From: Marsupella aquatica
Lineage: Eukaryota; Plantae; Marchantiophyta
Reading direction: 5' to 3'
Assembly (NCBI GenBank): GCA_973895155.1
Contig: OZ316894.1
Span: 4,426,944-4,490,943 of the forward strand
DNA: 64,000 bases
Under the pieces are notes generated by a model. It had not been told where the DNA came from, made no database searches, and saw only the letters and a list, made by a program, of their open reading frames with translations. This document shows, piece by piece, positions 37,766 through 52,400 of the stretch. Every line of letters starts with the position of its first letter. The stretch's first letter is position 1. The position numbers were made by a program, and so were the translations under genes.

Positions 37766-40614
37766 AGACGAGGCCCTTACTGAACCCTGCTAAGCTTGCT
37801 TCTCTCATTCGCTCGTGCCTCATGCGTTGGACAATCTAACAGTAGCGAGAGGCATCACCAAGTTAGGAACTGCAATGATGACACCATGGAAAGGAGTGCT
37901 GAGTAATCCAACATAGAATCATGTCCACTTCTTCCTTTGTGGCAGCAGAAGGTCGAGAAAATTGTCATGATTACTTTGTCATCAGATCAACTTGCCGAGA
38001 GAGATTTAGTTATTATTCAATTGAAACACAATTTAGAATGCGGGTGGGCAGCGGTTACTCAGGGTAAAAAAAACGGAAGGTGGGCCTCCTACTAATTGAA
38101 CAGTCTACCTAGGGTAAATAAAATGGTTATTTTTAAAACAATTTTACATCACGGTTTACGGCATGGCGTCCTCAATTTTACCAAAATCATGCCACAGACA
38201 CGAATGTTGAAGCAATTTTATTTTGTAAACCAATCCGTACCTGTTTGCAGCGCATCTCGATGACGTGGCGTGCTGTGGAGTCTCAAATTTTGGAAGGGAC
38301 CTCTAGTGGGGTCCGTAAAGAAAATTTGAATTTGCATGAACATTCTCCAGGAATCCTATTTTTCAGACATTGCTCTTGTTATAAAGATTGTTTTGACTAG
38401 TTTTATTGCTATAGGGATACTTGAGATTTTACTTGTTGGGAGTATTCATTTGTTGACCAATCCTATTTTTCATAGAGTGTTTCTCTTGTTACAAAGAGCT
38501 CTCCGAGTAATTATCCGTTTTGGAGCTACTGGAAATCATGCTTAATTATCATGTTGCTTTGGTTACAAGGGGCGCTTTGAGTACTTTGCTGCTACTGACA
38601 GAGCTACTGAAGATTTTAAATATTCACCTGTAGTCCATTCTATCATTTTTAGCTTGAGTTGCACACAATCTTCTTACTGGAACAGAAATGTAGGTGAACA
38701 ATCCATGAGAGCATTCACCACCCGTTTCCAATTGATTGTCTCATGGTTGTGTGTAAATGGTATGTCGCCCTGTCACTATCCACAAGGATAGTTGACGACA
38801 ATGTAGCAGTCCATCCCAGCTTTAGTTTCCTGATTTTTCACACCCAAGCACAGTTTCACAAAAGTGTTTGCAGCAACATATTGTATTCAGTGGAACAATC
38901 TACTAAGATTATTCACACTCTCAGATCTAAATTTTGTTGTTTCACTTATGGTTAATGGCAAGAGTGAGGGGTACCAAAGGATGCAAACAGGACAAGCTCA
39001 ACAAAGAGAGAAAGGACTGCACTTATCATTAAGATTTGGTTGAATCCAACAATCAATCTAGACCGGAAGATAGAGGTGGCTTGGGGTGTTGGCTGTGTCA
39101 GTTTAGTCAAGAATCAAACAAGACATTAGGTGGAAAGCAAGATTAGCGGTACTGAAATGTCTCCAATTTCTCCATTGCCAAGGACATGGTTCTACTAAAA
39201 GCCAAGTCAGTGGCCCAATGCGTGACATGCATGGATTGGCTAGGATGGCATTCCAAACTTTTGGGAGTCCCAAAGGTTTATTATTCTTCTCCATTTCTAA
39301 AGACCGAGTCCTACTAAATATCAAGAGGCCCAAAGTATCACATAGATGATAGATTGCCAGATTGGTCACGATGGTATCCCAAACTTGTTGGCAGTACGTC
39401 CTAGATGTTTTGGAAATATGTGCCTGGCCAATATTTTTGGATAGATGCCCAATCTTTGAGGAAGCATACAGGTCTAAGTGCAGGCTCCCCAGGAAGAAAC
39501 CCCAAGCTTGCAGTTATCCACATTATGCATTTCATCATAAGTGCATATGAAATTGCTTATGCACTTTCACAAATGTCTTATACACTTCCACAATGGTGCA
39601 CGATTCAATTGGATAAGTGCATAAATCTCCAATGTGTAGTTGTCTGCTGCACTTATCCATAACTGCTTCTAGCATATGTGGTGTAGTAATTGATTAATAT
39701 ATCTGTACTCTTATAGACACAGGATAGACAGAAATGCCCTTATGAATTTGTCATTTAGTAACTGGCAACCTGCACCTACAAAGGGTGCATTTTTAGGTCC
39801 ATTTACAAAGGAATCTTCTGTTTCACTAACTAAGGGACTAAACAACCACCCTATACTTACCCAGGGAATGCACTCATGCACAGTGCACTAATCTAGCGTA
39901 GATTGTACATCAAAATGCCAAAAAAACACAAGGGACCCAACCAGGAGACATAATCCCAAAGGCAAAGGGCCCAATCAAGGGGAGCTACAACACACGAGCC
40001 ACGAAGGCATGGGGACTAAACAAAGGCCCACCACAAAAGTGGCAAAAAGGCCAGGGGGACCATACAGGCCCACCACCAAAGCGGGAAAAAGGCCAGGGGT
40101 TGATCAAATAAGGCTGTCCACGTACAAAAGGAGAAAAACTCAATCTTAATGATATTTCAGACACTGTTTTTCTTCTGCTTTTTGAGCAAGTCCTTATTTG
40201 GTGCCCTTAATCTTGCCATCCACCGAAAAGAAGTGGTTTGGGGGGATGGTCTGGGTTTGAGTGTTATATATGTTACTTGTAACGGAGGGAATTGAGGAAC
40301 ACCAAGGCCTGGGAGTTTACGTTCTCAATTCCATTCCACTGTGTATTGGATGGACCAGTGGTTCCTATGGTTAGTAGTGCTTAAACTAGATCTTTTAGCT
40401 AAGTGCTTTCAGAGTCTATTGATTTATCTAAGCTTGGAAGAAGACTCTGCATCTGAGCTGGAAGATCAAAGACTGTAGTTTATTGCAGTTACATAGATAG
40501 CGTACCTAGTAAGAGATTCAATTTTTTTCTCCGAGCCTTACATGTAACCTTCGTATTGCTCTCTTGCTTACCTGACACCAGTGTTTCAAGGGCTGATATT
40601 TTGTTTCAAGTTTC

Positions 40615-40950
40615 TGTTACTTAGGGATTGCTCTTAGTCTTGTGACTCATAGGTTACGGCGTTTAGGCTAACCACAGTTAGGGACTTAGCTGAAGTTAGG
40701 TTAGTCGTGTATGACCTTGCATATACCATGGCTAGTGTAAGACGCTGGTACGTGGTGCTTGCTCATTGTAATGGAAAAACTTGAGGAAGAGAGAGAGCTT
40801 GCATGTTCGACGACTCTTGAAATAAAGTTTTTGTGTTCATGTGGACGTAGCCTTGGAGAAGAGGTGAACCACGTATGGATTGTGTCGACTCCGTGAGCAT
40901 GGTATGAGTCATGATTGTATCGTCATCAAGGAGGGCGTCATAGTTCAACA
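40615..40950 (+). mobile_element. Solo LTR of the Copia family seen at 9967-16599
   Basis: TG...CA, colinear with the 334-bp LTR. Perfect TSD GTTTC (40610-40614, 40951-40955). Confidence 0.95.
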
Positions 40951-41012
40951 GTTTCAACCCTTTGTTGGGCCCTTTGTCCAAATCTGCTAGACTATTCCAT
41001 GTGCTCACACCA

Positions 41013-42030
41013 TTAGTAGAAAACATAGTTGATTATGATTGCAACAATGACTACCCATATGGACTTTTCATCAAAGTAATGACGCATCCATTTCAGTCTT
41101 TTCAGACGCGTTGCATTGGACAAATTAATGCATCATGTTCCTATTGGACAAATGACACACAAATCTCATGGTCATTTGTTATTGTCCAAAATAACTCTAG
41201 TGTTTTTGTGTCATACATGACCAACGGTTCAAAATGACGTAAAAGATGGTCAGCGCTGGTCTTGTGTTGTTCACTATTGATGGTCTAAATCACCAATAAA
41301 AGAATGTCACATGTCCAACCATTGAACAAATAATATGTCATTTTAGACATGCCCAAAATGACCTCGCGAGTCTCACAATATGGAGCCAACCCATCACCTG
41401 CAACATTTTTTGGCCGCAAACCTTATAAAATATAAGAATGTTTTTTAAAATAAGCCCTATACAGCTGGAATATTCCAAAATTTTGATTTGAAAGACCATA
41501 ATGTTCTTATAAGTCTCAACATTAGATTTAAAAGACCCTATTATCTGTTCTTCTGAGAAAATTATTATTTAAGTCTTCCCTAAGAACCAATAAAATGTCC
41601 ATATCCTTTGTAGCACCTGATGTGCTATTTTTGTGGAAGTGAAACCCCCAAGAAAATGACCCATATTTTGAGCAAATGAAATATAGACACATGGCATTTC
41701 TAGTGATGAACATGTGGCAGTAAATTCTAACTTGTCATTATGGACATGTCTAAAATGACTAAAGCTCTGAATCATTAGCCGCCATGTGGATCATTCTCTC
41801 ATGGACACATGGAGAAACTTAGTTGTCATTTTGGATATGTCCAAAATGAGGTATGTACTTTAAGCGCGTTAAGCTGTGACATGTTGCATGAGTCAATTAG
41901 TCATTTTGGACAGTACGTCATTACAGATGTCAGATTGAATGGCTGAATGGACTATATAATAGGTCATTAAGTATGTCATTTTGCGGTGTCATTTTGGAAG
42001 TCATAACGCACATCATTTAAGATGTCACGA
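41013..42030. mobile_element. Possible CACTA-derived non-autonomous relic
   Basis: cattagtagaaaa at 41013 resembles a CACTAGTAGAAAA terminus with one C>T change. Many aaatgac/gtcattt subterminal-type repeats in both orientations. Confidence 0.4.
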
Positions 42031-42044
42031 GCCCCATGTCTATG

Positions 42045-42700
42045 TGTTGCACAAAATATGTCAATGTGAAGAAAAGATCTTGAAGTGAAAAAAAATGTCA
42101 CGGTGAGGAGAGGAAAAGATGGCGTGATGAGATAAAGATGTTACAGTGAGAAAAAGATGGCAAGATGAGATAAAAAGAAGTCGAGGTGAGAAAAAAGATG
42201 TTTAAGGTGAGGAAAAGATATCGAGGAGAGAAAAAGATGTTGTGATGAGATAAAGATGTCAAGGTGAGAAAAAGATGACGGAGATGAGAAAAACATAAAA
42301 TGTTAAGGTGAGGAAAAATGTCGAGGAGACAAAATGATGTTGAGGAGTGCAAAAGAAGTCAAGGGGAGAAAAGATATGGAGGGCAGAGAAGATATCAAGG
42401 TGATTAAAAGATGTTAAGGCAAGAAAACGATGTTGAGGTTAGGAAAAGATGTTGACAGAGGAGAAAATATGTCAAAAAGATACTGTTGCAAAAGTGATAA
42501 GGGATATTGATAGGTGAGGACAACATAAGCACACGTTGACACAACCCTAGGTGGATTGTGACATCCCCCCCCCCCCTCCTCATTGCCTCCTCTCCGCCCT
42601 TTCTCTTGGGCTGCCTCTCCCTTCTTCCCCCTACCCCCCTAAAGAAACCCCAATGAAAAGCAAGGGTGTCCCTTTTCTCCTCCTTTCCGCTCTTATTGCC
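42045..42700 (-). repeat. Helitron-associated ~19-bp minisatellite block (terminus missing)
   Basis: Same gatgt..aggtgagaaaa array as 34665-35160, followed by a similar C/T-rich tract. Confidence 0.65.
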
Positions 42701-44199
42701 TAATTATTATTATCTTTATTTTCACCTTACTTTGCTCCACTTTGTCTCATCCCATATCTTGTACTTATGGGAGGGTATGATACTATTCATCCCCTTCACC
42801 CATGGGTGTATCATTAATTTCCCTCCCTACTCTGACCTTTATGTCTCCAGTCCCTATCCCCTCATAATGGTGTCCTACTGCCCCCATTCCAATGGCAACA
42901 CATGGCATTCACATAAAGCTTATGCCATCATGCCCTTCTTTTAATCTTTGTGCATACCCAAATAATTTGTCTTGTTTGCTTTGGGTTAGGGAGGATTGCT
43001 TTTTGACAAATGAAAGGCTAGGATAAAAAAGCTCATAAATCCAATAGTTATGGAATCTTCCCTCCAAAAATGATTTTGTAAATGGACAACCCACCACCTT
43101 TGGGGGGATAGGGTATTAAGGTAGTAAGAAGATTTTGAGTGTCATGGAGGGTGTCATTTTGATGCTCACGGATTTAGAAGTTTTCCATTGCATCCCATAA
43201 CAAAGTCACTAGATGTTATTCATCTTATAATCATTAAACTCCAAGTAACATACATGAAGGGAAGAACTCAAAAAATGATAAGAGATGACATTCAATTATA
43301 TGATAAATGTATAATACATATAGAATGACAAATCATAGACAACTACATAACAAATCCAATCATCCAAAAATAATGGAAGTTACTCAGATGTATTTTGAAT
43401 GAATACAATCAAATTATTATATCATATTTTTTATAACATCTTTGAAAAGTACTTTCCTGACCAAATTTTGTCACTGAAAATACTGGAGGTCAAGGAATGC
43501 AATCTAAATGACATAGACCAGGTAGAAATCATGCCTTATGCATTTAGACTGAGTGATTGAAAAGCTATGTGGGAAACACATTTTGAGTAGTCTCATCAGT
43601 GCATTTACAAATGGAATATGAGGGAACTCTTGCCATCTAATCCTGTTCTTCAGCCAGTCTAGCTTCTGGTGCTTCAACTCTATCAGACGTGTTGTAAGAG
43701 TGACTTTCCTGCTCACCATAAATTGATCATGGCAACATGTGTATGATTGGTACAAAGGCAATCCTGTACAACAGACAGAAGTTATGAGACATTGCAATTC
43801 TCAATTGACTCCTATAATAAAGGGTTGCGCCATTTTTTGAAGTGGTGGTCATTCAAATTTCCAGGGCACAAAAAATGAGAAATCCTGTCTGAGAGAAGAA
43901 ATAAGCCAAAAAGTGGATTAATTTTAGTGTGAAAAGAAAAGAGTCACACCATTGTTGAAGATAAACAAAAAGAAGTTACTATAGTAACACAATGCACCCG
44001 GATTAATGAGTCTCTTCCCTCCATGATCAAAGGAATACTCAATAGGGTATTCTACATACTCAACAGGGTGTACATACTTATTTGGGGTGATTTTTTATAT
44101 TCATTTTTTGTGTCATTTTCATTGCCAAACACAAAAACGTAAGGCCCAAAGACGTAAAGATCATGGCACGGGCATTGATGACAAGGTGGGCACACTTTT

Positions 44200-44906
44200 A
44201 CTTGACAATATCTTTGTACTTCAGAGTACCTTTCACATGTAATGATTTCTTTTTGCGCAATGACATCATTTTACTTGATGATATCATTCACATAATAACA
44301 TCTTTTTATTAGAGGTCATCTTTTATATAATGACATGGTCAATTGTAAACTTGAGGGGGGCAAAAAGGATCTCCAATTTCTCCACCAAAAGGATTTCAGT
44401 CCTTCCCAATTTATAGGGGGTGGACAAGGTGTTACACCAAATGGCTAGGATTAGTTAGTTGAGATTGGAAGGTGAGATCTTGCATGTCAAGTCTTTCGAA
44501 GTGTGTCGAGGTTTTTAGGAAGTCCCAATCTTCTTAGAAATGTGCACAATTTTGAAAGTGTGTCCAAGATTTTTGGAAGTGGTGTTCAATTAAATCTTTA
44601 TGATCTTTGAGTCCTTTTTCTCTCCTCTTTGAGCTAATCCTTTTTGCGTCCTCCCCCCCCCCCCCCTCAATCTTGCAATCCACCACATCTTTGGCAAAAT
44701 AACTTCTTTTTTTAAGGAGGTTTTTTTTACTTGACAACATTTTTCACATAATGATATCTTTGGCAAAATAATTTTTTTCTTAACGGCATCTTTTCAATTC
44801 ACGACATCTTTCACATAATGACATCTTGGGCATCACAACTTCTTTTTTCTTAACAACATCTTGGGCATCACGACATCTTTTGTGCAACTCACAGGTATTG
44901 AGCTAG
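44200..44906 (+). mobile_element. Helitron 3' portion
   Basis: acatcttt repeats ending tgtgcaactcacaggtattgagCTAG|T at 44906. Confidence 0.55.
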
Positions 44907-45873
44907 TATGTCTATATTATATGCATTATTGACTATTATTTAGAAAGTTTGGCTTCAATTGGTTTGACACAACAAAAAGAAATGAGTGACAAAACTAACA
45001 CACTCCACTGATCCTGTATGGGGGGCATTGTCCAAGAGGCAAGTACTTGTTACAGATTCCAAGAGGTACCTGCCTACAAGTCCTTGTCCTCCATGCAGCT
45101 TGCCAAATTCTCCACATATTGTCAATATTCTCTTGCCCTCATCAGAATTATGGGCCAGTTCCTCCTATTCCATCCCACTATAGCAGTAACCACAACTGTC
45201 AATTCCATACTCCTGTTCATTCCACCATTGCATCGCATCGCATCGGTAAGCCTTAAGTACTGTCATCACAAACTAACCAGTAGAATATTGCTCTCTCCAT
45301 CATGAGATAATTAACATATCATTCAAGTCTTAAGGTTGTAGTATCTTTGCGGATAGGACAGCCAACATATTTTGAAATCCTGAATTAGCATGCCAAAATA
45401 TTGAGAAGTCCAAAAGGCCCTCTCAAAAATATCCTCTTGTCACCAAAGTTGAACAGCAACAATGTCAGCAACTCACTCACGTTTACCTAGAGGTCCTAGT
45501 CAAGAGAGTATCTAGTACCCATCAAAAGTGCAACAAGGCAAGAAGTCACCGAGCAATGGGAACAGGACCAATAAGTAAATTTACAGGGTGGCACAAGGAC
45601 CAATGGTACCTTTTATCCTTATGTCCTTTGACACATTCATTTCAAATATACCACTGCTAGCAAATACAAAACTAAAAATTAAAACAAAAGTTATCAAAGC
45701 ATCTGTCCACACCAAAATTACACATAAAAAGTAGATTCCTTCACGGCTTTTCATGCAATGCACACTGTAAAAATTCAAACCAAACTATCAAAGCATCTGT
45801 CTCTACCGAATCCCCCCCCACCAAAAAAAAGTAGATTCCTTCCTTGATTTTTTCATGCGACGGAATCTGGACA

Positions 45874-46138
45874 GTCAATTTTGACCCTGTTATAATTATA
45901 AAGGTGAATTCAATTGTTTATTCAGATTCTGTGTCGGGTATTTTGATTTTAATGTGCCTTGACAATTTTGACCATGTTATAATTATAAAGGTGAATTCAA
46001 TTGTTTATTCAGATTCTGTGTCGGGTATTTTGATTTTAATGTGCCTTGACAATTTTGACCCTGTTATAATTATAAAGGTGAATTCAATTGTTTATTCAGA
46101 TTCTGTGTCGGGTATTTTGATTTTAATGTGCCTTGACA
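45874..46138. repeat. 87-bp tandem repeat x3, nearly identical
   Basis: Units start at about 45874, 45961 and 46048. Confidence 0.95.
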
Positions 46139-47239
46139 AGGTGAATCATTTGTATTTATTTAATTCTATTTTGAATTGACTTTTGGAACTCATTTAATTT
46201 AGTTAACTTTGAGTATTTTGCATTTATGTTGGCTCCCGTCATAAATGTTTAATCTTTCCTTTTCAATCACTTCTTAATGAATTCTATCTTGTCTCATGAG
46301 TGCAAGAAGTGATTTTGAACAATGTGCACATTTGGTGTACTAGGTTCCCCAGTGCTTTCTTTTACAAAATTTATGGTTTTAATTGAGCTGACTGTCATTA
46401 CCTAAAAGCAAGTGAAAATCTGTAGTTACCTCATGTGCTCAAGTCTTCTATCTGAACTCCTCCCCTTCAAGGACTATTGTCCTTAAGAATCCATTCTAAA
46501 AATTTGCAAATTTGGTCATTTGAGGATTCATCATCTTATTTAATGAGTTTTCTGTGTCTCCTGAAATTCTGTGGTCCCTGCAATTGTTTTTGAACTTACT
46601 TCAGTTTGTATTCAACCTTACCATTTTGCCCACATTTTATATACAATAGGTGTAATGTTACCTGCAGTTTAGAGTGAATATTGCTTCACCTACAGTTCAG
46701 AGTGAATACTGCTCTAATGGCCTCCAGATACAAGTACTTGATCAAGTTCCATTGACTTAAACTTCTGGATCAAATAGTCTATCACTGGCATTAGACTCTC
46801 AGGTCTCTGAATGTGCTCGACTTTCTTATGAAAACCTTGAGCTGGCCAAATGGAGGAATGCCAAGGCCATTTGAAGAAACAACTCCCGGGGTCCTCATTT
46901 CTTTTCTTCCAACCCATCATGCACGAATAAGTATAGGTTTTTTTAATTGGGTTTAGTAAAATACTTGTAAATTTTGGTTGAAGAACATAAGGATTTTTTA
47001 ACCCAGTTTTGAAAATTATAAGAATCTTAGTAGTTTTTAAAACCAAAATTAGGAATATTCCACTAAGTTATGGTTCAAAAAATTAATAAAAACAAATTTA
47101 TTGACTTAAATTTTAGGGTGTTTATTCTCCCAAAACTTTGCGCGTGATATGGAACACCCCTTGGATTGAAACCCCTAAAAAATGGCTACTCTATTATGGA
47201 TTGCGTGATATGGAACACCCCTTGGATTGAGGCCCCTCC

Positions 47240-48400
47240 GGAGGAACGGTTACTCTATTATGGATATCCTGCTGCCCTGCTATCCACGGTCCTTCAGCAG
47301 GCTAGATTACACTGGCAACCATGGAAGGCTTGGGACTCGCTCAGAGCACACCTCATGTTTTCCCCTGGTTATTCTGAGGTGAGTGGAGTACTGGTGGCGT
47401 GTAGACGAATGATATTGTCACGTGTTAGAAGGATCTCAGTGTTTGGATAATGAAACCATTTGTGCCATCATCAAGGTGTGTGGCAAAATTGGTTTGAAGA
47501 CTGCCGTGGATCTAAGTGGCCCAAGAGAGATTCTAGTTAGGTTTGTCTCAAGTAAACTCTAGACGCATTAGGGGTATTGATGCTGAAACTCGAGAGTTGT
47601 GCATCAGCTTTGTGATGAAGATCAAGAACGTCAGTCAGAACGGGGAACCAGAGTGCTCGGGCTTCTCAATGGCGCTGGTCAGATAAAAACTAGCCGTTCA
47701 ACAAATTCGCTTAATTTTCAAATGCCAGTGTGTATCAACTTCATAGATCAAAGGGATCAGACTTCACAAGACTCAACAGGATGTGGGTAAGTTTGCGTTC
47801 TGATTCAAAATGGAGCAAAATCTGGATCTCATTGTGGTCTTCTGATCTTCTACTAAAATCGGTCGCGTACCTTCATTTGGAGGATTATGGTGCAAGGGCT
47901 TTTTACCCGGAGCAAGAGCACGGAAGATTGGCGAGGGAGATGGGAATTACTGCTTCTGCTGTAATGAACTGGAGCCTATACCGCATGTATTTTTCACATG
48001 CTAGTTTGCAAAACTATACTGGCAATTAGCATTCCAGTCTTTCCCAGGAGTCCTTTCGTGGCCGTCAGCTGAGATGCTGATACTGGTGGACACGATCAAA
48101 TGATCGAGTGTTCCTCGATCAATCACAGCTCTCACTGTTTCGATTGTGTTTGTGTCGATGGTGACATCCTTTAGTGATCTTCTCTTTGATGAGAGCAGAT
48201 CTAGATTTATTATCAGCGGTTGGTCGTTGTTGTGTTTCAATGTTGAGCGTTCCAACATTGAGTACTCACTCACGGCTCGTCAGAGGTTGGAGGAATTGTT
48301 TACACAAGTCTTTGTTTCAAACTTGCTAGAGCTTTCAATGGGTACTACTGTAGAAGTTTATCTACAACCGAATCACAGGGAACTGGGTGTACTCGAACTT
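47240..48400 (+). mobile_element. 5'-truncated LINE (L1/Tx1-like) ORF2 relic with zf-RVT
   Basis: Across frameshifts it reads WSKIWISLW...FIWRIMVQGLFT...CFCCNELEPIPHVFFTC*FAKLYW, the zf-RVT CxxC..H...C motif. WKAWDSL lies upstream. Confidence 0.75.
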
Positions 48401-48549
48401 GGAGCCATCAACAATAGAACATGGTGAGAAGTGTGCGTGAGAGCATTTCCTTTTTAGAAAGCCTTCCACTCCTTCTACATTCCTCAACACTCCAGAGATG
48501 ATGAAAATCGAACCTAAACAATGGCTGATAGTATGAGAGTGACCTACTC

Positions 48550-48732
48550 TAGGCTAGATGACTACAACTCATCTACAACAGCTAGGCCCGATGCTTTCAG
48601 ACCAAATATGACAGATCCAGTCCCCTGCTTGGAAAAACCCAAGAGAGTGAGCTAGTGTACGCTAGATGACTAAAACTCAACTACAACGGACCAAAATATG
48701 ACAGATCCAGTCCCCTGCTTGGAAAAACCCAT
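48550..48732. repeat. About 90-110-bp tandem duplication
   Basis: gctagatgacta.aactca.ctacaac...gacca.aatatgacagatccagtcccctgcttggaaaaaccca x2. Confidence 0.85.
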
Positions 48733-49453
48733 GAGATGCGGGAACAACTCTTCCTCTCTCTGGAAAAAAGTAAATCCAGTGATCCCCTGCATGTAGTCGA
48801 GGTAAATATCTTAGGGTTTAGGGTCTCATGGGTTGTAGATGAGTTGGACCTCGACTACATGAAGATCACTCACAATATTTTTCGAGCGACAAAATCCGTG
48901 TATGATGGATGACGAATGCAATATTTTATTTACATGTTCTGGAATCTATTTTACTGGAATCGAAGCTTAAATAGTCTCTCTTCACCCAGATCAACTCCAT
49001 CTTGCTCCGACACATCCCACCAGCTACTCCGTCTCGGCGATCAGGGCAAGTAGGGCTTCAAAACTTTTATTCCATTTCTCTCCATCTCTTCGTCTTTTCT
49101 AAAAACCAAGTTGGTACAGAAGATTCGTAGATTGCGATCTAGGGACACCTGTTCAAAGCCCTCACATGTGTACGACTCAAATTTCGGAGCGAGGTGGGAA
49201 GCGTGGGGACTGGGCTGGGAGTGGCTGACCTCTTGTGTCCAACCCTACACCAAGGCCCACGTTCTTGGGAAAACTTGGTAGTCGGTCTGACTCTCCTTTG
49301 CTCTGTACTCTACTCAACAACTCATACGGTGGAAACCCGTAGGGTGTAGCCAAAAATGAGCTACACCTAAATATCAACTCAAAACAACCTCTCTGTAACG
49401 TTACATGATTAAAATAATTGCAAGACGTAACGAAGATGAATCGCAGTCTGGTA

Positions 49454-52400
49454 TCATTGAGGTACAGGTTCAGTTTCGGGTGGGGATTGTACAACCGCAA
49501 CACGCCTGTGTCTTTGTCGCAAGTACAAAACTGTTAGCAAACACACGAAAAGTGTGGCGAGTGTGACATTGCCGTCGTCCAGTGAAATCTCTCTTACCCA
49601 CTTGCCTGCCTTGGATATGGCTTCGGGGGTAGCATCAATCAATTTCACCTACAAGAAAGTACTGCAAGTTAGATGCAGAATATGGATATGTGGCCTCCAC
49701 GGTGAGCAATTCATCTAACCAGGTCCACACACAATTCGCTTCCAAAGATTGCATCAAAGCATCACTAAGATACTAATTCAAATTCTAAACGTGACTATGA
49801 GCCGAATATTTCTGGCAACATTATTCAAATTACAGGAATCGACCAGGAAAGGACACTAAAAGCAACAGTCAACCTCCTGAAGATGGAAGAATTACCAGGA
49901 AGCCATTCGAATAATGTTGGCGCAACCAAAGTCCCATAAGGGCTAAGGTGACTGGGAGTGCAGCATCATGGTCTGTTTCAAGAGCTTGATCATAATACCG
50001 CTTAGCCAGGTGGAGATCCATAGGCAGGCCCAAGCCATGCTCATGCATATAACCAAGATTGAACATTGCTTGGGCATTTAGTTGCCCTCGCGCCCTGTGA
50101 TAAGCTTCTGCTGCGCGGTCTAAATCTTTCTCTGTTCCCTGTGCATAGATAATACCAACTATGTCAGCTTCTTACGACCCAGACCAGTATAGCGTATAAA
50201 ATTAAAATCTACTTATAAAACAACTTAATTGTTTGGACTGTTTTGGAGCTTGGACAGATAGAATCTAATGCACCAACAGAATGGAGAGAACGCGCAAGTT
50301 CATGCGGCGTTCTAGGAGATGACAAATTGAAAGGAACGTCAGAATTTGAGAACCACAATAGCTTGATAGGCTTCGTGTTAGCCATACCCTCCCATAATAG
50401 TATGCATCTCCAATTAGTAGAGCCGCATGCTGGTTACCCTGTTCTGAGGCATGACGCCAAAGATCATGTGCACGCTGGTGACGTTCTTTATCAGTGCAGA
50501 TGCCTGTGCTGCCAATGCATACATCCTCACTGTAATATTTGTCAAGAATCCAAGCGGCGTTGCTCTGCGCAACTTCGTATCCGAGTTCTGCTGCCCTTGA
50601 ATAGAGAAGGAGAGCCTTCCCAATATCTCTATTAATGTAGGCCTCTAATGCCCATTTTAACAACGATCCCCATGGTCCCTCTTCAGCTACCATCTTGTAC
50701 AGCTTCACAGCCTATATTCCAATGAGAGGGTTAGAACATAAGTTGAAAGAAGTCCTCACTGTTTGATACTGTAAATTAGAAGACTGCAAGTCGATACACA
50801 TTTCTCAAACTAGAGTATCTGCCTTCCAAACAAATCCATCATATTACAATGATCCAAACTTCTAACGCAATTTAATTTCGGTAAGGAGATTGACTAAATC
50901 TTCAAATGTGATGGAACGCATCAAATGAACAGAACAAAATCTGTTCATAAATACCACCCTCTAGGCGTTGAACGGATGAGAAAGATAAGAAAGCTGTGAA
51001 AAACTCTACTCTCTGACTGGTCAATATCTTTAAAGGCATTCTCCACTCTTTTTGACTTATGTGAGAATGGACAGAGACGAGAATGTAGCCAAGACTCCAT
51101 TATCGCATTGATTTTCCAATGTTCGGGTACTTTAGAGCTTTGCTGTAGAATTGACAGGATAGATCTATTGCGTCCTTTGCTATTGCCAAAATTGGTATTC
51201 ATCCGGTATGCGCTCACTGGAACTCGGGCAAGAAAGAACTGAACACAGAACCACGGGTACGAGGCCAGAAAATATTACCGTTGCTTCATCTTTTCTGATC
51301 CCAGTACCCCCCTTCTGCTGCATTTTCGCAAGCTGATAAATTGCCCTGGGATGCATCATCTTACTCTTAGTAATTGCTTGGCCAAAATGCTTGCGAGCTT
51401 CTTCCACATCCCGTTTTAATCCCGCACCCTTCAAATAAAGTACTCCTAAATTGTAATGACCATTGGGGTCATTAGCATCTGCTGCTTTTGTAAATAATTC
51501 CCTTGCCTGTATATGACAAGGCAACCAGGAAACAATGACTAGGCCCATCAAAACCCCTTCACAAAAAGAAAACTTGTTTCGAGCAGGGACATCTTAATCA
51601 TTCCATGGAGCAAATCCTTTCAACCAGACTAACAGTATACATACGTTGTCAGCAAAGATCTTACTCAAAAGTTGTATGATGAATCCCCAAAGCACCTGTC
51701 CTAGTGCTACTAAACTAGTTAGAAAGAGTGATAGAAACATGTGTTTTTAAAAGTGCTCTCCCTTTCACTGTTGCACTAACTCACCTTGGTCAGGTTCCTC
51801 TTCTCAACTCCCAACCCTTTTGCATAGAGCCAACCCATACCGTTATACGCAGAATTGTACCCAGCATGGGTAGCTTCAAGGAACCATTCATACGCCTTAG
51901 TGTAATTTCTCGGAACTCCATACCCACGCGCGTAGATCTCACCCAAAAGCTCCATGGACTCAGAGTTTCCTTTCTCTACAGCTTTGATAAACCATGACAA
52001 CGCTTTTGCATGATCACGCGGAACTCCGCGTATACCAAGGTAGTAAATAAACCCCAATCTGTGCATTGCTAGACTGAAACCTTTGTGTGCTTTATATTCC
52101 AAGAACTGAAAGTCATCATCATCCTCTCCCCGGAACTTCTTGAATTCTTTGCTCTCTTCTGAGCCATCGTTCAGTCGAACTGGCTCAAGTATCGGACCAT
52201 CTTTGGAACTCATGAAGCTTGCCATTGCTGTAGCAGCAAGCTCAGCATACAGTTTGACAGCCTTGTCGTTTAACTGCAAACGCGACAATACAAAGTTCAA
52301 GGTATTTCACAACGATCTAGCTAATCAGGACCACTCCGACTGACATGCTAACCATTGCTGAATCCTAGTAACGTACAGCACCATTCTCACATGAGGCTAT

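Noticed and set aside
45844-46179. 111-aa ORF with 29-aa repeats
   Set aside because: Translation of the 87-bp tandem repeat with a non-ATG start.
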